Source of the DNA: an uncultured bacterium
GTDB lineage: Bacteria > Babelota > Babeliae > Babelales > Babelaceae
NCBI GenBank assembly: GCA_963713855.1
Contig: OY970209.1
Span: 512,001-576,000, forward strand
Length of the DNA stretch: 64,000 nt
Direction: 5' to 3'
Shown piece after piece: positions 38,602-48,722 of this stretch (the first letter of the stretch is position 1; each line of letters begins with the position of its first letter). The notes under the pieces are model-generated. The model was given only the letters and a program-made list of their open reading frames with translations. It had not been told where the DNA came from and searched no databases. Position numbers and translations under genes: made by a program.

Positions 38602-40044
38602 TCAGCTTATTTCTTTTTTTATTCTCTCTAAATCAAAAAGCTCTGATCTGGCTAAGGTAGCAGTCTCTTCCTCTTCTTCCACTGGTGTGCATACGCCTTG
38701 GTGCTCCCATTTATAAAGCTCTCGACGTACGTTGATGCCTTGATCGGCTAAAAATCCTAAAATGTATAACGCTCGTTCCAGATCCGATGGGTGGTTGTCT
38801 GATGAGTCGGCTATCAAGTAAAGCGACTCAGGGTTATTAAAAAGCTCAACGCCCCGCAGGATAGTGCTTATAAGATTATGCTTGAGAAGATTCTTAATGG
38901 CGAATAGATCAGCTCTCTGTTCTTTGCCACGATAGTAATGTATCTTTTGGTATTCCTTGGGATCTTTTGGATGAATCCAGAACCCGCCGGTTATTTTGAG
39001 CGTTAGTTGGACTATGCTATTTGCCAAATGAGAAGCAAGTAATTTTCCCGTACGAGTACTTTGTAAAGAAGGTACTAACTCTATTCCTCGTTTCAAGTAT
39101 CTTTTAACCGTATTTAGATCTGTTTTAAAAGCGGATTGGTTGGAAAGGTCTTCTGGCTTTGCTTCGCCTTGCATGATTAAATCTTCATTTTTACTATCGT
39201 TATGATACACGTGTGCAAGCTCGTGAAAGAGCAAATACATCATAAAATCGAAGTCTGGATTTTCGCACATAGCAATATAAGTTATTCCGCTTGGTGAGAT
39301 CCTTGTGCTACCATGTACGCCACCCGTTTTTTGTTGAAGCGCAGATATTTTTCCCTGCAAGTTGAGCAAATTAATTGCTTTTTCAAGCAGCTTTTTCTGC
39401 GCATTAGTAGGTCTTTTAAAAGCACCTATGCCTTCAACCAGCCCGTACGTTTCGAGTTCTGGAAAAATTGTTTCAACCCAAAGCCTGTCTTCTTTCTGCA
39501 AGGTCGGACTGGTTGGCAAACCGAGGAGCTCTCTCAGGAACTTATAAGGAAAAAATAAGAATTCATCATTGAATCGACTTCGTGGTACATCGCGCGTTAT
39601 AAGTTGATATATGTTAGACCCTAAGTCATATGATTGTGGCAAAACTCCCTCAACACCGCTTAATTTCCATAATTCTCGTTGATGGTCTTTCCAAAGTTCG
39701 TATTGCAGGGTTTCAAGCAAAGCTACGTCAATTTTATTATAAGAATTAACGGTTGGCAGCGGCACAAGCTTTCTAAGCTCATTATACTCAGCGAGTGCAT
39801 ACTCGCCCACGTCTGGATTTTCAATGTTCGATGCAGCGTCCAGATTACTTAAAATATTCACAAAAAGTTGCATTTTTTCACGATAGCGTGCTGCATCAAC
39901 AAGTTGGGCTTGTGGAGTGAGACTTGATTCAGTGTCTTCTGATGCGGTTATGAGATCCGCTTGAAGATGCACGTTCGGAGTTAAGACTAACAAAAAAAGT
40001 AGTAGATTAAAAAAGAGTATTGATTTATTCATTGATTTTTCCAA
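38602..40044 (-). CDS. Secreted M48-like zinc metallopeptidase, paralog 1
   Basis: Signal peptide; HELAH, EQRADLFA, HPSDLER. Confidence 0.75.
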   Translation of the reverse strand: MEKSMNKSILFFNLLLFLLVLTPNVHLQADLITASEDTESSLTPQAQLVDAARYREKMQLFVNILSNLDAASNIENPDVGEYALAEYNELRKLVPLPTVNSYNKIDVALLETLQYELWKDHQRELWKLSGVEGVLPQSYDLGSNIYQLITRDVPRSRFNDEFLFFPYKFLRELLGLPTSPTLQKEDRLWVETIFPELETYGLVEGIGAFKRPTNAQKKLLEKAINLLNLQGKISALQQKTGGVHGSTRISPSGITYIAMCENPDFDFMMYLLFHELAHVYHNDSKNEDLIMQGEAKPEDLSNQSAFKTDLNTVKRYLKRGIELVPSLQSTRTGKLLASHLANSIVQLTLKITGGFWIHPKDPKEYQKIHYYRGKEQRADLFAIKNLLKHNLISTILRGVELFNNPESLYLIADSSDNHPSDLERALYILGFLADQGINVRRELYKWEHQGVCTPVEEEEETATLARSELFDLERIKKEIS

Positions 40045-40186
40045 TATAAATATATTTATTTGTATTTTATTATTATATTGGCTTGTAAATTAAAGAATCA
40101 AGATTTTGCGTACGCTCCAGATGAGCAGGGGTCCAATTATGCATCATTCATCTAATGCATCTAAGTTTTTCCCATCGCGAAAATTT

Positions 40187-41311
40187 TTAGCCCGATTTTG
40201 TTAGCTTGATTCTGTAGCTGGTATTTCTACCACCCCCTGGCAAGCGTTCGATACATCCATATGCAACGAGCTCTCGCAGATCCCTTGTGGCGGTAGCTTT
40301 GGAACAATGAGCTATTTTCATATATTTTTGAGCTGTTAAGCCTCCCTTAAAGTCTGCTAGTTCTTCTTCTTTAAATGCTCTTGCTAATACCGTTGACTGT
40401 CGTGTGTTTAACTGTGAGGAATGTTGGTTCCAGAATTCAGCTTTTCGTACTATAAAACCAACTTCTTCTTTAGTATCCAAAAGAGCGCAGTAAATGGTCC
40501 TCACGAAATATTCAACCCATGGTGTTATATTTATGTTAGCTCGGCTAGCCAGGGAAAGCTCGCGATAATATTCTTTCTTGTGCTTTTGTATTCTAGTAGA
40601 GAGGCTGAATACTATAGGTCTTTGTAATTCTTGAGACAGGGCTTTTTCTGCAATAGCTCGACCGATTCTTCCGTTACCATCATCGAATGGATGAATGCAT
40701 TCAAAATACAGATGAGCAATAGCGGCCCTGACTGGTCCCGGAAGTATATCATTAGAAGGATTTGTTTCATTAAACCACTCTATAAAATGGGTCATTTCCT
40801 TATCAAGAATTGCACTAGGTGGGGCTAAGTAATGAACAATCTCTTTGCCTGTAGTACCCGAAACTATTTGCATCGGTTCACTACCTGTTCGCCATTTGCC
40901 TATTTCTAGACTTTCGTTATGTGATACGGGTAATACCATCGCATGCCACGCGAATAGCTCTTTCTTTGAAAGAGGTTGTGCATAATTTTCTCTAACTGAG
41001 ATCATAAGCTGAGCGATACCAATGGCCCGCGGATCTTTAACAGGTTCCAGTTTTTCGGATAGGCCTAACTGGTTCCTAATTGATGACCTTACTTCTTGCT
41101 TGTCTATCCTTTCTCCCTCAATTTCTGATGTTTTTATGGCTTCAGATACCATTAGGTCAATAATGGTATCAACTTTTAAGTGATTAGGTAGATGGCTTAA
41201 ATTTTCCGATAACGAACTTGTTGCAATAGCATACTGATAAAGTACGTCTTGTATGCCAAGGAGGCTATACTCAAAGTGTGGCCACCGTGGATGCTGCCAA
41301 ATGTACTTCAT
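40187..41311 (-). CDS. Fic family protein (DUF4172-type N-terminus, C-terminal HTH)
   Basis: YIWQ...WP.F, TSEIEGE, HPFDDGNGRIGR, SKATATRDL, GGRNTSY. Confidence 0.93.
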   Translation of the reverse strand: MKYIWQHPRWPHFEYSLLGIQDVLYQYAIATSSLSENLSHLPNHLKVDTIIDLMVSEAIKTSEIEGERIDKQEVRSSIRNQLGLSEKLEPVKDPRAIGIAQLMISVRENYAQPLSKKELFAWHAMVLPVSHNESLEIGKWRTGSEPMQIVSGTTGKEIVHYLAPPSAILDKEMTHFIEWFNETNPSNDILPGPVRAAIAHLYFECIHPFDDGNGRIGRAIAEKALSQELQRPIVFSLSTRIQKHKKEYYRELSLASRANINITPWVEYFVRTIYCALLDTKEEVGFIVRKAEFWNQHSSQLNTRQSTVLARAFKEEELADFKGGLTAQKYMKIAHCSKATATRDLRELVAYGCIERLPGGGRNTSYRIKLTKSG

Positions 41312-41330
41312 GTTTTCACCCATTCTCACG

Positions 41331-41390
41331 TTATGAGCCGATTATACCATTTATTCGGCTCATAATGAAGCTTTTTTTGAGCCGAATAAA
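41331..41390 (-). promoter_or_regulatory. Extended -10 promoter flanked by three TGAGCCGA boxes
   Basis: Minus-strand TGGTATAAT at 41341-41349 inside TTATGAGCCGA/TCGGCTCATAA; third box at 41378-41390. Confidence 0.6.
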
Positions 41391-41551
41391 TTAATAGAGC
41401 CGGAAAGCTTAAGCCCAGAAATATTTAAGGCTTTCAGCAAGCAAAACCCGGGCAGTCTTTAGCGCAGAATTAGGTGCCATTAGAAACACTTGTTACATTT
41501 GAAAGATGTCCCGGGCTACTTTTTATGACCTATCAATTACGCTGCATATGC

Positions 41552-41938
41552 CTATATATGCTGATCAATAAGGATAGGGTTTCCATCGGGATCAAGTATA
41601 AGAAAGCTTGCAGCTCCGGAGGCGTTTTCATCTGCTTCTGTTACCATTTTGATACCCTTAGATTTAAGCTTGCGCTGGATATCCCTAACGTCTGTAAAAG
41701 CTTCAAGTTTATTGGCATTTTCGTCCCAGCCAGGATTGAATGTTAAAGTGTTTTTTTCAAACATCCCTTGAAAAAGCCCAATTGTGGCATTACCATTTTT
41801 CATGATAAGCCAGTGTTGCGCTATATCGCCAGTAAAGACTTTAAAGCCAAGATTCTCATAAAACGTTTTTGAAGCCTGAATGTTTTTAACGCTTAAGCTC
41901 AGCGAAAAGGTACCTAAATTCACGTTGCCCTCCTTCAA
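41552..41938 (-). CDS. VOC/glyoxalase family protein
   Basis: SLSVKNI.AS..FYE.LGF, IGLFQGMF..N.LTFNPGWD, DPDGNPILIDQH. Confidence 0.92.
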   Translation of the reverse strand: MKEGNVNLGTFSLSLSVKNIQASKTFYENLGFKVFTGDIAQHWLIMKNGNATIGLFQGMFEKNTLTFNPGWDENANKLEAFTDVRDIQRKLKSKGIKMVTEADENASGAASFLILDPDGNPILIDQHI

Positions 41939-42073
41939 TGTCGTGCTTTGTTTTTAGCTTATTAAAAAGGGATTGATATGCAAATTTTGATGGATTTGGC
42001 TTTCATCTCCCATTTCTCGCTACCGGTTCAATAAGAAGGGATAAGCTTCTATTCCTTCTTCTGATCCTTTTTG

Positions 42074-43261
42074 CTATTTCTTTTCCCAATTGTAAAGTAC
42101 GCTAGGCACATTGATTCCTTGTTCTTTTAAGTATCCTAACATATAAAGTGCTCGTTCGAGATGGGAAGGATGAGTCTCTGTGGAGTTAGCAATAAGTTGA
42201 GGCTGCTTATCATAAGTACCTCCATACGCATTAATGCCTGCAAGAACGGTGCTCAAAAGTTTATGTTTAAGAAGATTTTTTATGGCAAAAATATCAGCTC
42301 TTTGTTCTGTGCAGCGAAAATAAGCTATCTTTTGATATTCAGCATGGTTAGTTGGCGGTATCCATAAGGTGCCTCTTTTAGTAAGCGCTTCTCGTACTTC
42401 TGGAAGTACTAAAGATTTTGACAACAATTTGCCTAGGTATGTATTACGTAGACTGAAAACAAGCTCTATGCCTCGTCGAACGTATTTTTTGATAGCATCA
42501 CAGTCCGCTTTAAAGCAGTGTTTTTTGTAAAGCTCCTCTGGTGTTATTTTTTTGTCGGCTATTAAACGCTCATTTTCAGAATCGTTATAATAAATGTGCC
42601 CAAGCTCGTGATAGATGACGAATAACTGTCTATCAGGGTCTGGTGTTTTAAGCAATGCAATATATGTTAATCCAGTATCGGTTTTTCCTGAATGACCACC
42701 ATACGGATCCAGAGCGGCATATATTTTTTTTTGAATATTGAGTGAATGGACAACTCTGTCCATGAGCTTTTGAGCCTCGGGTGCGGCTCTTTCTATATCG
42801 CCTTTTTCTGCAAGAGCATTAAGCTCAAGCTCTGGTAAGATTGTTTTAAGCCATGCTCTGTCAGCTTCTTGCAACGATGACTTTGTTTCTAACTGAAGAA
42901 GTTCTCTCAGGAAATTGTAGGGAAAAAGTAAAAACTCGGCATTGGATAGAGTATTTGGTACATTGCGAGCCAGAGATTCGTTAACTTGGTGCGCTAAGTC
43001 AAACAATTGGTAAGGCAAAGATTTTTCATCTTGTCTTTTCCAGATCGCGCGCTCATGACCTTTCCAAACCTCGTATTCTTCCTTTACTGGAGTTGCTTTA
43101 ATCGCTATGAAAGAGCCCAAGGTTAATAAGTGAGATATAATGATAAAAAAATGTATTCTTGACCAGCTACGCTTAAAGACTATAGCGAATGGTAACATCA
43201 AAATCGTACACACTCGTATCGCTTTAGTCTTCATGTATTTTTGTGGCGTCCGGCCTTCCAT
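42074..43261 (-). CDS. M48-like zinc metallopeptidase, paralog 2 (short N-terminus)
   Basis: HELGH, EQRADIFA, HPSHLER; true start probably downstream of the ORF start. Confidence 0.72.
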   Translation of the reverse strand: MEGRTPQKYMKTKAIRVCTILMLPFAIVFKRSWSRIHFFIIISHLLTLGSFIAIKATPVKEEYEVWKGHERAIWKRQDEKSLPYQLFDLAHQVNESLARNVPNTLSNAEFLLFPYNFLRELLQLETKSSLQEADRAWLKTILPELELNALAEKGDIERAAPEAQKLMDRVVHSLNIQKKIYAALDPYGGHSGKTDTGLTYIALLKTPDPDRQLFVIYHELGHIYYNDSENERLIADKKITPEELYKKHCFKADCDAIKKYVRRGIELVFSLRNTYLGKLLSKSLVLPEVREALTKRGTLWIPPTNHAEYQKIAYFRCTEQRADIFAIKNLLKHKLLSTVLAGINAYGGTYDKQPQLIANSTETHPSHLERALYMLGYLKEQGINVPSVLYNWEKK

Positions 43262-45014
43262 TGCTCGTAAATAGTCTCAACGTGTGAAGGGGCAGACGTG
43301 CCCTCCTCTTCTGAATAAGTGCATATACTTTCAGTTTCCCACTTATAGAGCACTGCTGGTACATCGATTCCTTGGTGAGCTAAGAACCCTAACATATATA
43401 AAGCTCGCTCGAGACCGGATGGATGGGGGTCAAGATTTCCTATTGAAATAAGGTAAGGCTTTTCGCGTTGTAGACCATATGTGTCAAGGGCGGTCAGAAT
43501 GGCGCTAATCAGGTTACGCTGAAGAAGATGCCTGATAGCAAATAAATCGGCTCTTTGCTCGGTGCCACGAAGGTAAACCATTTTAGAGTACTCCTCGGCG
43601 CCGTGAGGAGGTGACCAGAAAGTACCATACTTTTGAAATACGCTTCGTACATAGGGATCTGCTAAAAAGCGTGCTAATAGTCTACCGATCTCAGTATTTT
43701 GTAGAGTAGGAACCAATTGTATCCCCTGCTTTAAATGTCTTCCAATGGCCTCAACATCAGCTCTAAAAGATGGATCGTTAAAAAAAGTTTGTGGATTAAT
43801 TTGTTTACTGTTGACTAAGCCTACACTTACTGGATCGTTATGATAAATATGCCCAAGCTCATGATAGAGTACGAATAATCGGGTATCTATGTCTGGAGTT
43901 CCACAAAGTGCGACATACGTTAATCCCTTACTAGTCATTGTTGTATGTCCACCAAAAAGTTCTGGATCTTGAGCCGAGTATATTTTTCTTTGCATGTTCA
44001 GTAGCTGAACAACCTCTTCAATGAGCTTTTTGTGAGCAAGAGAAGCTTTTTTAATTTTGCCTTGTTCAACGAGAGAGTAAAGTTCGAGTTCGGGTAAAAT
44101 TGTTTTAAACCACCCCTTATCCGAAGTTTCCAAAGAGGGTCTTGTTGGGAGCGCCAGAAGCTCTCGAAGAAAATTATAAGGAAAAAGTGACTGGGTGGTG
44201 TTAAATCGATCAACTGGTACATTTCTTGCTAGGAACGTGTCAACCTGAGATGCTAGGTCAATCCACTCAAGAGGTAATGATCCTCGCTTACCCAGAAGTT
44301 GCCACTTTCTTTGCTCTGCAGCTTTCCAAAGCTCGTATGCCATTTTTTCAATTTGGGCCACATTGACGTCTTCAAAAGATTTAACAGAAGGCAAAGGTAC
44401 GAGTTTTCTAAGATCGTTGTATGAGTCGAGTACCCATTTAGCGGTGTATTTATCTCGAGGAGACTTTTTAGTAAAATCAATCTTGTAAAGAAGCGTCGTG
44501 AAAGCTGCCATTTTTGTAGAGTAACTTGTAATTGGTGGTGCCTCTTCCGGTTTTTTGGGTGGGACCGGTTGAGGTGTTGGCTTTTTTAACGGAGGCTGCA
44601 AGGCTTTTAAGGCTGCGAGTGTAAGCTTGTATTTTCTTAAATAACGCTCGCCTTCCTTCTTAGAGGCGGCAGGTAAAGCATTAAATAACGTAAGGACGTT
44701 TGTAACAAGAATTTTACCCTGGGGCTTATTTTTCATTTTGACGTATTGATTAACAGCTTGTTGAAACTTTGCCAATAAAGCCTTTGTAGCTGGCACTTTT
44801 TTCGCTTTTGGCGGTTTGCTGGGTTTTTTCTTTTTGGGTGCTTTCTTTGGCTTTTTTTGCTTTACGAGCTTTTTGCTTGCCCTTTTTACTTTCTGAGTAG
44901 TACTTTTTTTGCGTTTTTTGGATTGCTCTTTGCTGGTGCTGCTTTAATACTTATTACGAAGGCCAAAAGTAGCAAATGGGATAGTATTTTTAAAAAAGAC
45001 ATCTTCTTTTTCAT
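43231..45014 (-). CDS. M48-like zinc metallopeptidase, paralog 3, Lys-rich N-terminus; one frameshift near 44930
   Basis: HELGH, EQRADLFA, HPSGLER; signal peptide from ATG 45014 is one base out of frame with the body. Confidence 0.72.
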
Positions 45015-45212
45015 AACAATTTACACCTAAATATATCTAATTGTAATTATTTTAATTGTAGCTTGCGCTAGACTTCAAAGTCAATAATTCACCTTGATTT
45101 TTAAGGTACTTTCCGATTTTAGAACTGCCCCAGGGGCCCACTGATGTAGAGGGCTTTTAAAATGTCGGGTAAAACGGGGTTCAAAAAAGGAAAAGGAGGA
45201 CTCTGGTGTATG

Positions 45213-46430
45213 GTCAATGACCCATGACTAAAGTCAAGGGCTTGCAAGTCAAGCCTGCTTAAGAGCTGATTGACGACACAGCTCATCAGACAGCGTATTA
45301 AGGTATACCTGTCTGATATTGATAGCAGCATTAGTATCAGCATGAGCTCTATGACCACATAAAGTACAAAGAATAGATGCTTAGAGCGATTACCTCTTGA
45401 TACATAAGAGCACTGAGAACATCTCTGGCTTGTATGACGAGGATCAACAGCTATAACGCTTATTCCTCGTTCTATTGCCTTATACTCAATAAAATCGCCC
45501 AATTGTCCAAAAGCCCAAGAATGCTGTAAATACTTCTGTTTCTTTGCTAATTTCATTCTCTCTCGTATATACTTTAGGTTTTCCATGACAAGAGTGTCAC
45601 CAGGAGAGCAAGATTGAACAAGAGCCTTACTAATAGAGTGGTTAATAGAGCGCATGACTCTCTGCTCTTTACCAGCAAGCCGTATCAGGAGACGCTTAGC
45701 CCCTTTCGTGCCTTTCTTTTGCAGAGACTGCCTTAATCTTGAATAGCGTTTTCTTATATGGAGAGCTTGCCTTCCAGAAAACTTTAGTCCTCTAGAAGTA
45801 GTAGCTAGGTTATAGATACCGCGATCTATCCCAATACTAGTACCTGTTTCTGCAACTATTGGTAGCTCTCTGTTAACTGCTATATGAATAGAAAATACTT
45901 TTCTATGCTTATCGTAGGATAAAACAGCAGCTGTTGGTTTACTTCCTGCCAATAAGGTACGTTGATACTTTCCTAGAGCCAGTTTTAATTTGTATCTACC
46001 GCCTATAAGAGCAATACTTACTTGTTCTTTTTCTTCTAAGAATGAGAATAGTCTAGTATCTAAATCTATACTCGTAGGCCTAAAGACAAAGGGCTTATAT
46101 TTCTTACACGCTTGAGCTACTCTAGCTATAGCTCTTATTGCCATGTTTGCATGCAAGTTATAGCGTTCTCTAAATTCTCTATAACAAATACGTTGTAGCT
46201 TATACTTATTCCTTATCTCATTTTCTTTTGCTATGTTGAGAATGAAGTTACAGGCAGAGGAAAAAGAAAAGAGAGTAGCTAGTATTGTATCAGCAAGCTC
46301 TTCATCAACGATAAGTTTACATTTTACGGTTTTGAGACTCTCCATTCCCTCATTCTAGCATCTTCTCTTTTCTACACAAGGGCAATTCCTCCCATGACTA
46401 AGTTAAGGGCTTCCTTGCCTTTTTCATCGT
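45213..46430 (-). mobile_element. Non-autonomous IS200/IS605-family element (IS1341-like, tnpB only)
   Basis: Related subterminal hairpins AAGCCCTTAACTTAGTCATGGG (left) and AAGCCCTTGACTTTAGTCATGGGTCATTGAC (right) on the minus strand; no tnpA; left boundary approximate. Confidence 0.85.
45249..46345 (-). CDS. tnpB: TnpB RNA-guided endonuclease, frameshift near 45370
   Basis: IGIDRG, VMENL, W.F.QL..FIEYKA, TSQRCSQC; the shifted frame continues CTLCGHRAHADTNAAINI to a stop at 45249. Confidence 0.92.
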
Positions 46431-46494
46431 GAGAGAATAGTATTTTTTGGGATGGGCATTCGCAGTTAAGTCACGAGTGACAAAAAGGAAAAAA

Positions 46495-46962
46495 GTGGAA
46501 AAAAAAGCAATGTTAGGAATCCTTTCAATGATTCTATTGGGAGGATGTGACATTTTCCAAAAAGAAGAAAAAAATAAAACAGCTACTCAGCAAGGAAGTA
46601 AAAACATGGGCCGGCAAAAAACACCAACGGGACTCGAGTACGAAATTATTAAAGAGGGCTCAGGCATTTCTCCTAAAAAAGGTCAGAAAGTAACCGTTCA
46701 TTATACCGGTTGGCTCGATGACAACGGTAAACCTGGAACTAAGTTTGATAGTAGCGTTGATCGTGGCGAACCTTTTAATTTCACGATTGGTATTGGGCAG
46801 GTCATCAAAGGCTGGGACGAAGGTGTGCTTTCAATGAAGATAGGCGAAAAGCGCCGCTTAATCATACCTTCAAACTTGGGTTATGGTCCCTATGGTGCTG
46901 GTAGACTTATACCGCCCAATGCAAAGCTCATTTTTGACGTTGAGCTTTTAGGTGTTAGTTAA
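46495..46962 (+). CDS. FKBP-type peptidyl-prolyl isomerase, probable lipoprotein
   Basis: LLGGC lipobox; VHYTGWL, FDSSVDRG.PF, VIKGWDEG, IPPNA.LIFDVEL. Confidence 0.94.
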   Translation: MEKKAMLGILSMILLGGCDIFQKEEKNKTATQQGSKNMGRQKTPTGLEYEIIKEGSGISPKKGQKVTVHYTGWLDDNGKPGTKFDSSVDRGEPFNFTIGIGQVIKGWDEGVLSMKIGEKRRLIIPSNLGYGPYGAGRLIPPNAKLIFDVELLGVS

Positions 46963-46975
46963 ATCTTGTTAGAAA

Positions 46976-47010
46976 AGCTAGGAAAGCATCAAATGTATGC
47001 TTTCCTAGCT
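46976..47010. terminator. Hairpin between convergent genes
   Basis: AGCTAGGAAAGCAT-N7-ATGCTTTCCTAGCT. Confidence 0.75.
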
Positions 47011-47019
47011 CTGAAGCTC

Positions 47020-47844
47020 TTAACTTAAGCTTGCTGTTTTTTGGAGTTGATCCGATTGCTCACTGAGGTATTGAAGATCGATCCAGTGTGGTAGTGGTCC
47101 TTCAAATTCGTAAAAGCCCCATGAGATATACGTGTGTATAGCCGACTGATTTGTTCTACGCACATGCAGAAAGAGCCTTTTTGTAGATGGAATTAATGTA
47201 AAAATAGAGCTCATAAGCAGTTTTTCAACATTGATCTTTTCTCCTTCTTTAACACCAAAAAGGCCAACTCGTATGCTTCCATGCTCATAACTTGGGGTTA
47301 TCATAAACTGGATTATGCCAAGTAAAACCTTAGTCTTTGCGTCTTTGGCTTCGACAATGATAGTAAGGTCATTATCTCCTGAAAAGTTTGCAAAGTCGGT
47401 TTGGTCAAAGAACTGTTCAAGCACGGTCTTTATTTTGTCGTGAGCTGCTAGCCAATCTACGTGCTCTAAACCCCGCTCAAACAAGGGAGCAAGAGGCTTT
47501 AGGAACATTTCCTTGGGTACCGACTGTGGAAACGCTTTTGCAAATTCAAGTTCCGCTTCAGCATATGTTTTAATGAGGATTGCTTTTGCCTCCTTAATAG
47601 CATGATTAAGCAGGGGTGATTTTCCCTCAATCAGTTGCCATTCTATGATGTTAGGCTTTTCCCTTAAAACCGGAGCAGGCTTTCTTTGGGTTAACTCGTT
47701 TTTAACATCTTTCAACCAGTGTAAGTCTCTTAAGGTATCCATTGTTTCTATTCTTTCATTGTTTTCAAGTTTTTTATTTGAGTGCATAAAAATACTGACC
47801 AAGCTCGAAAAAAGAGCCAGTAAAATAAGATAAAACATGCGCAT
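47020..47844 (-). CDS. N-terminally anchored or secreted GNAT acetyltransferase
   Basis: Hydrophobic leader; LFLHVR.TN..AI..Y..WGF. Confidence 0.75.
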   Translation of the reverse strand: MRMFYLILLALFSSLVSIFMHSNKKLENNERIETMDTLRDLHWLKDVKNELTQRKPAPVLREKPNIIEWQLIEGKSPLLNHAIKEAKAILIKTYAEAELEFAKAFPQSVPKEMFLKPLAPLFERGLEHVDWLAAHDKIKTVLEQFFDQTDFANFSGDNDLTIIVEAKDAKTKVLLGIIQFMITPSYEHGSIRVGLFGVKEGEKINVEKLLMSSIFTLIPSTKRLFLHVRRTNQSAIHTYISWGFYEFEGPLPHWIDLQYLSEQSDQLQKTASLS

Positions 47845-48362
47845 TCCTTGAGGCACTACGGTGCCCATCGAAATAAGGAACTAAGTGATAGGTATTGCGA
47901 GCAAAATATTAATGATGCTCTTTAGAAGACAATGACAGAGACTTTCATACCGGCCTCTCTTTGGATATGTTGAAAATTGTACATGTCACTAACAATATCA
48001 TGGAAGCTATTGCTGGGCAAGGCTTTTTTATTGGTTTTTTGATAACTCGTAAAAGGCCCCTAATCCTGCTCACTCGTCTTCCGATAAATGCGCGCTATTG
48101 TATTTTCAGTATGAAAACCGTTGAATAGTTAAATTGGGATTAAATCGAAGCTTGTTTAGCGCATGAGGCTTTTTGAACGAAAAAAAATTTCCGACCCGAA
48201 AAAGAATTGATTTTAACTATTTTGATAATTTATTATTAATTTGAAATATGTTTATGTAAATGTTTTTGTACACTATTATCAATGGGTGAGAGCCTGCTCT
48301 TGCTCATCGTCTTAGGCATAGAGCTGTCTTACCAGTGATAAGCGAATAACGAAGGTTAAGCA

Positions 48363-48599
48363 ATGGAATCGATGATAAGCTTTAGAAAAATATCTTGTAT
48401 TATAGCCACTTTGTTTGTTTCTCAAGGTTGGCATTCTATGTATGCACAGCCAAAACCGGTCGATAAAAGCAGTTGCCAAAGTACTTGCTATCAGCAGCAT
48501 CCGGTCATGTGTAGTGCTGGTATGCGCCAGTCCACTTGCGAGTATTTTCAACAGCAGCTTAGTAATTGCCTAAAAAAGTGCTCTCAGCTGAAAAGCTGA
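48363..48599 (+). CDS. Small secreted six-cysteine peptide
   Basis: Signal-like leader ending MYA; mature region C-x3-C-x7-C-x8-C-x9-C-x3-C. Confidence 0.6.
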   Translation: MESMISFRKISCIIATLFVSQGWHSMYAQPKPVDKSSCQSTCYQQHPVMCSAGMRQSTCEYFQQQLSNCLKKCSQLKS

Positions 48600-48722
48600 T
48601 CGTCTTACCCTATGGTTTTTTACCGGTTTATGGGAGATTGCGAGTTGCTTTTCAATAAATATAGTTTGATGCTCCTTCATTCTGTCCAGATAGATAATGC
48701 CTAGGGAGCCTTAATAAGCTAC

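Noticed and set aside
42015..42076. Stop-codon readthrough in peptidase paralog 2 (frame continues QKGSEEG)
   Set aside because: Similarity to paralog tails is too slight to distinguish from simple truncation
45119..45365. C-terminal extension of the listed 408-aa TnpB ORF
   Set aside because: Product of the frameshift; the conserved C-terminus is in another frame and stops at 45249
38552..46430. Integrase-type island with att repeat at tRNA-Arg
   Set aside because: No integrase and no duplicated tRNA 3' end found by eye
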